From: Alphaproteobacteria bacterium
GTDB taxonomy: Bacteria > Pseudomonadota > Alphaproteobacteria > Rs-D84
Direction of reading: 5' to 3'
Length of the DNA: 32,000 nt
NCBI GenBank assembly: GCA_009784235.1
Contig: WRCC01000002.1
Location: 181,346 to 213,345 of the forward strand
Of this stretch, positions 26,559 through 32,000 are shown in pieces; position 1 is the stretch's first letter; each line of letters begins with the position of its first letter. The position numbers were made by a program, and so were the translations under genes. Below the pieces are notes generated by a model. It worked only from the letters and a program-made list of their open reading frames with translations. It made no database searches and had not been told where the DNA came from.

Positions 26559-26584
26559 CCCGCCCGAAAAGGGCGGTTTTTTTC
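26559..26584 (+). terminator. intrinsic terminator after rpsO
   Basis: ccgccc-gaaaa-gggcgg followed by T7. Confidence 0.85.
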
Positions 26585-26616
26585 ATTGACCACGATTCGG
26601 GTTTTTTGCTAGGTTT

Positions 26617-27705
26617 ATGGGTATGAAAAAGCTGTTCGTGATTCTTGCCCTGTGCCTTATGCCTTATGCCTTGTCCGCGGCGCGTTACAACGCTGTTCTG
26701 GTCGCTGATATGGATACCGGGCGCGTCCTGTATTCCGAGAAAGCAAATGATTTAAATTACCCCGCATCTTTGACCAAAATTATGACACTGTATTTGGTGT
26801 TTGATGCGTTGGAACATGGTCGGTTGAACTTGGATGACCAATTGATTGTGTCACAATCGGCGGCGAATGCGAATCCGATAAAACTCGGCCTGGCCGCTGG
26901 GTCGAAAATCAAAGTTGAAGATGCGATAAAGGCCATTGCGGTTGTATCTGCGAATGATGTCGCACGCGTTTTGGCTGAAAATTTAAAGGGTGGTCGCGAA
27001 GGGAACTTTGCATCACTGATGACCGAAGTTGCATCGCAAATTGGTCTGTCGCGAACAAATTTCGAAAACGCGTCCGGGTTGCCAGATGATGACCATATGT
27101 CGTCTGCGCGCGATATCGCATTGCTGTCCATGGCGATTTACCAGCATTTTCCACAATACCAGAAATATTTCGGCATTCGGTCGTGGACTTATAATGGTCG
27201 GACTTATAATAATGGAAACCGGTTGCTGGCATCGTATCCGGGATGCAATGGCATGAAGACTGGATTCACGAACAAGTCACGATATTCGTTGGTATCAACT
27301 GCATCACGTGGTGGGAAAAATGTTATGGCCGTTGTGCTGGGTGCGGAAAATAAAGACGTTCGCGCAGATGTTTCACGCCGAATGTTGGACCGCGGATTTA
27401 CAGAACTGGGCGTTGGCAGTGCAGCGCCAACAAATACTGTTCCGGTGCCAGCAGTTTCATCATCATCGACTCCCGTTGCCGCCACAGGCGGCGGCCGTGC
27501 CGGTGTACAATTCGGTGCGTTTGGTTCAAAAAATGCAGCAGATGGTCAAGCGCGAAATGCAAAAAACATAACCGGCGCAAATGCAACAACGGAACAGTTT
27601 AATGGACTGTGGCGCGTGCGTGCTTATGGTCTTTCTGAATCGGCCGCACAAACAGCGTGCAGCAAATTTAAATCCGCCGGACATGATTGTTTCATATTCA
27701 GATAA
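26617..27705 (+). CDS. D-alanyl-D-alanine carboxypeptidase (S11, PBP5/6-like) with C-terminal SPOR domain
   Basis: Signal peptide, SLTK (SxxK), SAND (SxN) and KTGFT (KTG). The C-terminal roughly 75 aa (GVQFGAFGSKNAADGQ...WRVRAYGLSESAAQTACSKFKSAGHDCFIF) looks like a SPOR domain. Confidence 0.88.
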   Translation: MGMKKLFVILALCLMPYALSAARYNAVLVADMDTGRVLYSEKANDLNYPASLTKIMTLYLVFDALEHGRLNLDDQLIVSQSAANANPIKLGLAAGSKIKVEDAIKAIAVVSANDVARVLAENLKGGREGNFASLMTEVASQIGLSRTNFENASGLPDDDHMSSARDIALLSMAIYQHFPQYQKYFGIRSWTYNGRTYNNGNRLLASYPGCNGMKTGFTNKSRYSLVSTASRGGKNVMAVVLGAENKDVRADVSRRMLDRGFTELGVGSAAPTNTVPVPAVSSSSTPVAATGGGRAGVQFGAFGSKNAADGQARNAKNITGANATTEQFNGLWRVRAYGLSESAAQTACSKFKSAGHDCFIFR

Positions 27706-27709
27706 TAAA

Positions 27710-28354
27710 ATGAACAGCAAAATAGAAAAACTTATCAAACAATTTGCACGGTTGCCGCGTGTTGGCGGGCGTGGCGGTCAACGTATCGTATTGGCTTTGT
27801 TGCAAGATAAAACCGGTCGGGCAACTGCACTTGCGGCATCATTGTTGGATGCTGCGGAAACAATCAAACCATGCACGATTTGCGGATGTTTGACGGATAT
27901 GGATGAATCGCGCCGTAGCGACAGCGAAGGCGGATGCGAATTTTGTCGCGATAATGGTCGTGCAAATGGACAATTATGTGTTGTGCGTGATTTGGGCGAT
28001 GTTTGGACGATTGAAAAATCCGGCGTGTTTGGCGGTCGGTATCATATAATCGGCGGATTGATTTCCGGTGCTGCGGGTATAACACCAGAAGACTTGAATA
28101 TCGCGTCTTTATCTGCGCGTATCGAAAAAGAAAATATTGCCGAAGTCGTTTTTGTTCTGCCAAATACGGTCGAAGGAAAAACAACGCAGCATTATGTGAT
28201 GAGTGTAATTTGCGATAACAGGCCAGCGGCCAGCGGCCAGAAACCTGCCATAGTTTTTACCGAACTTGCATCCGGCGTTCCGCTGGGTGGGGATTTGGAT
28301 TATATTGATGATGGAACATTGTCGTTAGCATTTGGGCGGCGCGAAAAAATATGA
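27710..28354 (+). CDS. recR: recombination protein RecR
   Basis: LIKQFARLPRVGGRGGQRI (HhH), C4 zinc finger CTICG...CEFC, Toprim CVVRDLGDVWTIE, LASGVPLGGDLDYIDDGTL. ATG 27710; the upstream ORF-track extension overlaps the carboxypeptidase gene. Confidence 0.9.
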   Translation: MNSKIEKLIKQFARLPRVGGRGGQRIVLALLQDKTGRATALAASLLDAAETIKPCTICGCLTDMDESRRSDSEGGCEFCRDNGRANGQLCVVRDLGDVWTIEKSGVFGGRYHIIGGLISGAAGITPEDLNIASLSARIEKENIAEVVFVLPNTVEGKTTQHYVMSVICDNRPAASGQKPAIVFTELASGVPLGGDLDYIDDGTLSLAFGRREKI

Positions 28355-29163
28355 TGGATAAAATAAATTCTTTATCGCCGGTAAGTGAAATGATGCGAAG
28401 CGCTGGTCTGGAACCTAAAAAGTCATTGGGTCAGAATTTTTTATTTGATTTGAATTTAACCGGAAAAATTGCGCGCAGCGTGCCAGATATTGAAAATAGT
28501 ACGGTTATCGAAGTTGGCCCGGGCCCAGGTGGTCTGACGCGTGCATTATTGTCCGCCGGCGCACGGCATGTTATCGCGATTGAAAAAGATAAAACAACAA
28601 AACCAATTTTGGATGAAATTACTACGGCATCTGATGGAAGACTGGAAGTTGTGTATGCGGATGCGCTTAAAATTTCTGTTGATGATTTGGTCGCGGGCGA
28701 TTATGCGATATGTTCCAACCTGCCATACAACGTCGGGACTGAACTATTAATCCGTTGGTTGCATAATTTGGAAAATATTTCATCAATGACTTTGATGTTT
28801 CAACGCGAAGTTGCAGAACGTATTGTTGCGCGTGTGGGCGACAAACAATACGGCCGATTGTCTGTTTTGGTTGCATTGACCGCGGACGCAAAAATATTGT
28901 TTAATGTTCCGCGGACTGCGTTCACACCGGCACCGAAAGTCGAAAGCGCAGTCGTACAGATAATTCCGAAAAAGGGCGCATGCGATACGCCCCTGCAAAA
29001 TATTGAACGATTAACCGCGAAGCTTTTCGGCAATCGGCGAAAAATGATTCGTGGAAATTTACCGGGTATTGATTGGGCTCAATTCGGATTGATTGGTACT
29101 GAACGTGCCGAAGAATTAAGTCCCGAAAAATTTGCCGAAATCGCCCGAACAATTGTGATATAA
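28351..29163 (+). CDS. rsmA: 16S rRNA (adenine1518/1519-N6)-dimethyltransferase
   Basis: KKSLGQNFLFD, VIEVGPGPGGLTRAL, NLPYNVGT. ATGA overlap with recR. Confidence 0.93.
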   Translation: MMDKINSLSPVSEMMRSAGLEPKKSLGQNFLFDLNLTGKIARSVPDIENSTVIEVGPGPGGLTRALLSAGARHVIAIEKDKTTKPILDEITTASDGRLEVVYADALKISVDDLVAGDYAICSNLPYNVGTELLIRWLHNLENISSMTLMFQREVAERIVARVGDKQYGRLSVLVALTADAKILFNVPRTAFTPAPKVESAVVQIIPKKGACDTPLQNIERLTAKLFGNRRKMIRGNLPGIDWAQFGLIGTERAEELSPEKFAEIARTIVI

Positions 29164-29184
29164 TCTGGGAGAACGGGGAGAGAG

Positions 29185-30891
29185 ATGGACATATCAATAT
29201 TATTATTTTTCGGCATTGCCTTTGCGCTGGTCTTTTTTTTGCGTGTTGCGCGTATTGGTACGTTGTTGGCATTTTTATTGGCGGGCATATTGGCGGGCCA
29301 GCACGCATTTGGCATTTTCGAACTGAATGATATTTGGTTATTTCTGGGCGAATTGGGCATTATATTCCTGTGGTTTTCTATGGGGCTTGAACTGAATGTA
29401 AAACGATTATGGACAATGCGGAAAACCATATTCGGATTCGGCGCGGCCCAGGTTATGATGGTCGCGGTTATGTTGTTGCCGCTGATATATGGATTTACAA
29501 CTTGGACGGTTATGGGCACGGTGATGGTTGCATTGATGTTGGCTATGTCCAGTACTTCAGGTGATTTGGGATTGCTTGCTGACCGTAATGAATTACATTC
29601 ATCAATGGGTCGCCAGACCTTTTCAATACTGTTGTTCCAAGATTTAATGGCGGTGCCATTGCTGGCCATGTTACCGATATTTGCCGGGCACACATTAAAT
29701 CTGGGTGCAAAGATTATTGATATTTCCGTTATGTCTGTTGGTATAATTTTGGGTGCGTTTATAGTCGGTCGGTATTTATTGAACCCGATTATGCGGCGTA
29801 TTGCCGGGCTGAAATCCAAAGAAGCTTTCTTGCTTGCCATCATGCTGAATATTTTGGCGTGGGCATTGTTATTCGAATATATCGGTCTGCCACCCGCGAT
29901 TGGCGCGTTTGTGGCGGGTATGCTGCTGTCTGAAACTATATACAGGCCGCAAGTCCAATCAGATATCGACCCGTATAAGTTGATGTTCGTTGCGATGTTC
30001 TTTGTTGCGTTGGGTATGGGTTTAAATATTCCATTCTTGACCCAGAATTGGTGGATTATCGCGCTGGGCGCAATTGGCCTGGTTCTGGTTAAATTCATCG
30101 CGATTTACATCGTTGCGCGTGTGCGTGGCGTTATGACACGCGAAGCATTCTTGATTGCATTAATATTGGCCCAAGGTGGTGAATTCGGTCTGCTGATACT
30201 GCAAACCATGAAGACAAATGGAATCGAAGCAATTCCAGCCGCGCACAGCGAAATATTGATGGCGGTAATTGTCGTTTCAATGATTATGACGCCGGTATTA
30301 CTGGCCATATATGACCGGTTGTATCAATCTGGAAAATTAATATCATCGTCGCGTGCACACAGGGTAAATAAGGGTACAGCTGAATCACATCCACAGGTTA
30401 TAATCTGTGGATTCGGGCGTGTTGGCATAACGATTGCGAAAATGCTGCAATCCAAAGGCATTCCGTATGCCGCAATTGATATGAATGTTGACACTGTGAT
30501 GGTTGGTCGGAATGATGGGTTTAATGTGTTCTATGGCGATACGACCAAGCCGGCGATATTAACCGAATTCGGCCTGGCGCCACGAAAAACGCGCGCGGTT
30601 GTGATTGCGCTGGATAATACGCATGTTGCGAAAAGCACTGTTCGCGCCGTGCGCCAGATACAAAAGCGTGTCCCGATATTTGCACGTGCACGTAATCTTG
30701 GCGAAGCAAACATACTGCGCAGCGAAGGTGTCAAAGTCGCATTGCCGGAAACGGTTGAATCATCATTCTTGCTGGGCGAACAAGTATTGGAAAATCTGGG
30801 TATATCCGAACATGAAATAGAAATAATGATGTCCCGTATGCGTGATAATAATTATGAAACATTGCGCGGAATTCTGGACGGACATCAATAA
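29185..30891 (+). CDS. CPA2-family cation:proton antiporter with C-terminal RCK/TrkA-N domain (KefB/KefC-like)
   Basis: About 12 TM Na+/H+ exchanger-type domain followed by the Rossmann motif VIICGFGRVGITIAKML. Confidence 0.88.
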   Translation: MDISILLFFGIAFALVFFLRVARIGTLLAFLLAGILAGQHAFGIFELNDIWLFLGELGIIFLWFSMGLELNVKRLWTMRKTIFGFGAAQVMMVAVMLLPLIYGFTTWTVMGTVMVALMLAMSSTSGDLGLLADRNELHSSMGRQTFSILLFQDLMAVPLLAMLPIFAGHTLNLGAKIIDISVMSVGIILGAFIVGRYLLNPIMRRIAGLKSKEAFLLAIMLNILAWALLFEYIGLPPAIGAFVAGMLLSETIYRPQVQSDIDPYKLMFVAMFFVALGMGLNIPFLTQNWWIIALGAIGLVLVKFIAIYIVARVRGVMTREAFLIALILAQGGEFGLLILQTMKTNGIEAIPAAHSEILMAVIVVSMIMTPVLLAIYDRLYQSGKLISSSRAHRVNKGTAESHPQVIICGFGRVGITIAKMLQSKGIPYAAIDMNVDTVMVGRNDGFNVFYGDTTKPAILTEFGLAPRKTRAVVIALDNTHVAKSTVRAVRQIQKRVPIFARARNLGEANILRSEGVKVALPETVESSFLLGEQVLENLGISEHEIEIMMSRMRDNNYETLRGILDGHQ

Positions 30892-30951
30892 CACTAACAC
30901 TTGCACTTTCACTATTTTTCCCCTACAATCTTTCGGCACAAAGGAATAAAC

Positions 30952-31467
30952 ATGCGAAAATATTTATCGGCTATATCAATAGTTTTTGGCGTTATTTTAA
31001 TCGACCAATTGGCAAAGGGTTATTTGTTGCATTTGGTAACACATGGCCAGGTGCCTTTGTTTGGCCGTGCATTTGATATTGTGCCGCATGCATATATAAT
31101 GACGCGTGTGACAAGTTTCTTTAATATAGTATTTACTTGGAATCCGGGAACTTCGTTTTCATTGTTCCGCACATTGGGTGAATCTGCGCCGATTGTTTTG
31201 ATTGTTATTACGGGTATCATTATTGGTGCGCTGGGCCATTATTTGTTTGCGCGCGCAGATAAAAAATATGAACGTGTTGCGTTGTCTTTGATTATCGGTG
31301 GTGCGATTGGAAATTTAATCGACCGGATTCGCTTTGGCGCAGTCGTTGATTTTCTTGACTTTCATGCGTTCGGATGGCATTGGCCGGCATTTAATTTCGC
31401 AGATGTTTTTATATCAATTGGTGTCGCAGTATTGGTCGCGGGATGGTTATTTAATAAAAGGAAATAA
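30952..31467 (+). CDS. lspA: lipoprotein signal peptidase II
   Basis: ILIDQLAK..., FNIVFTWNPGTSFS, GGAIGNLIDRIRFGAVVDFLDFH, WPAFNFAD. ATG 30952 is preceded by AAGGAA. Confidence 0.9.
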   Translation: MRKYLSAISIVFGVILIDQLAKGYLLHLVTHGQVPLFGRAFDIVPHAYIMTRVTSFFNIVFTWNPGTSFSLFRTLGESAPIVLIVITGIIIGALGHYLFARADKKYERVALSLIIGGAIGNLIDRIRFGAVVDFLDFHAFGWHWPAFNFADVFISIGVAVLVAGWLFNKRK

Positions 31468-31470
31468 TAA

Positions 31471-32000
31471 ATGGTGCAGTATATAAATAATTCAGGGTTT
31501 CAACAGTTTTCAGTCGCAAAAGATGCAAAAAAAAAAGGCAGAGCAGGCAGTCCGTTCGTATGGGCGGCGATTGCTGTTTTGGCTGGTTGGCTGACTTATT
31601 CTTGGTTTATGCCGAAAAATGAACCGGTGAAATCCGGCGGCGCAGACATATCGACCGCGCAACAATCCGAAGATATTACAAACGTTCCGGCAGAGCGATT
31701 GATTGGAAATACGATATCTGCGCGTGTTGCGGGTCTGCGCATTTCCGATATCGAATTAAAAAATTATCTGGAAGATGATGGTACGAATGTTCGTTTGCTG
31801 GGCGCGCAAAATGAATTCCTAGAAGTTGGATTCAGCGCAACCGGAACATCGGTTCCATTGCCATCGACTTTGTGGAAAATGAATCGCGCCGCACCAGGCG
31901 AAGAAATTACAATGTTTTGGAAATCGCCCGAAGGCGTTGAATTCCGTCGCAGCCTTACGATGACGCAAGATTATGTTTTATCTGTACGTGATACTGTTAT
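31471..32000 (+). CDS. yidC: membrane protein insertase YidC, N-terminal part (runs off window)
   Basis: Hand translation is open from ATG 31471 to the window end. It shows an N-terminal TM (FVWAAIAVLAGWLTYSWF), then a periplasmic-domain pattern I.ARVAGLRISDIELKNY...VRLLG...EFLEVGF as in proteobacterial YidC. This ORF is absent from the ORF track because no stop falls in the window. Confidence 0.8.
   Translation, partial: MVQYINNSGFQQFSVAKDAKKKGRAGSPFVWAAIAVLAGWLTYSWFMPKNEPVKSGGADISTAQQSEDITNVPAERLIGNTISARVAGLRISDIELKNYLEDDGTNVRLLGAQNEFLEVGFSATGTSVPLPSTLWKMNRAAPGEEITMFWKSPEGVEFRRSLTMTQDYVLSVRDTV

Noticed and set aside
29079-30098. 339-aa ORF on the minus strand
   Set aside because: It is exactly antisense to the well-supported CPA2/KefB-like gene. 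The translation is Asn/Ile/Pro-rich low-complexity with no motifs, so it is a typical shadow ORF.
31527-31536. A10 homopolymer in the 5' coding region of yidC (encodes KKK)
   Set aside because: It is slippage-prone in principle, but the ORF is intact and Lys-rich N-termini are normal for YidC. There is no evidence of phase variation from a single sequence.

Overview
This 32 kb window is mostly housekeeping chromosome. The gene set (GapR/DUF2312, RpoH, IHF-beta, a yfgM-bamB pair, VirD4) fits an alphaproteobacterium, possibly a host-associated lineage; that assignment is inference. Confident calls: der, rpoH, gapR-like, pyk, an RluB/RsuA-family pseudouridine synthase, virD4/traG-type coupling protein, rsmE, mreB, xseB, mutS, tRNA-Ser(CGA), ihfB, a fused accD-accA, a GT2 + GtrA + ArnT-like glycosylation trio, truB, rpsO, a DD-carboxypeptidase with SPOR domain, recR, rsmA/ksgA, a KefB-like CPA2 antiporter, lspA and the 5' end of yidC. 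There are also two beta-barrel OMPs and several small or unknown ORFs. I found no clear multi-gene novel system such as a defence island, CRISPR array or prophage. The unusual content is structural: (1) the virD4-rsmE-mreB interval carries four kinds of repeat, namely two inverted heptamer-array pairs, an 84-bp palindromic element, and a 71% GC multi-hairpin block inserted in frame in rsmE; (2) heptamer tandem repeats recur inside other CDSs; (3) virD4 is orphaned and translationally coupled to a pseudouridine synthase; (4) accD and accA are fused into one ORF; (5) the tRNA-Ser 3' end is duplicated 146 bp downstream, next to a 4-gene accessory-looking operon; (6) the same GC hairpin occurs inside the mutS coding tail and as an intergenic terminator. 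All protein family calls come from motif recognition by eye, not from database searches.
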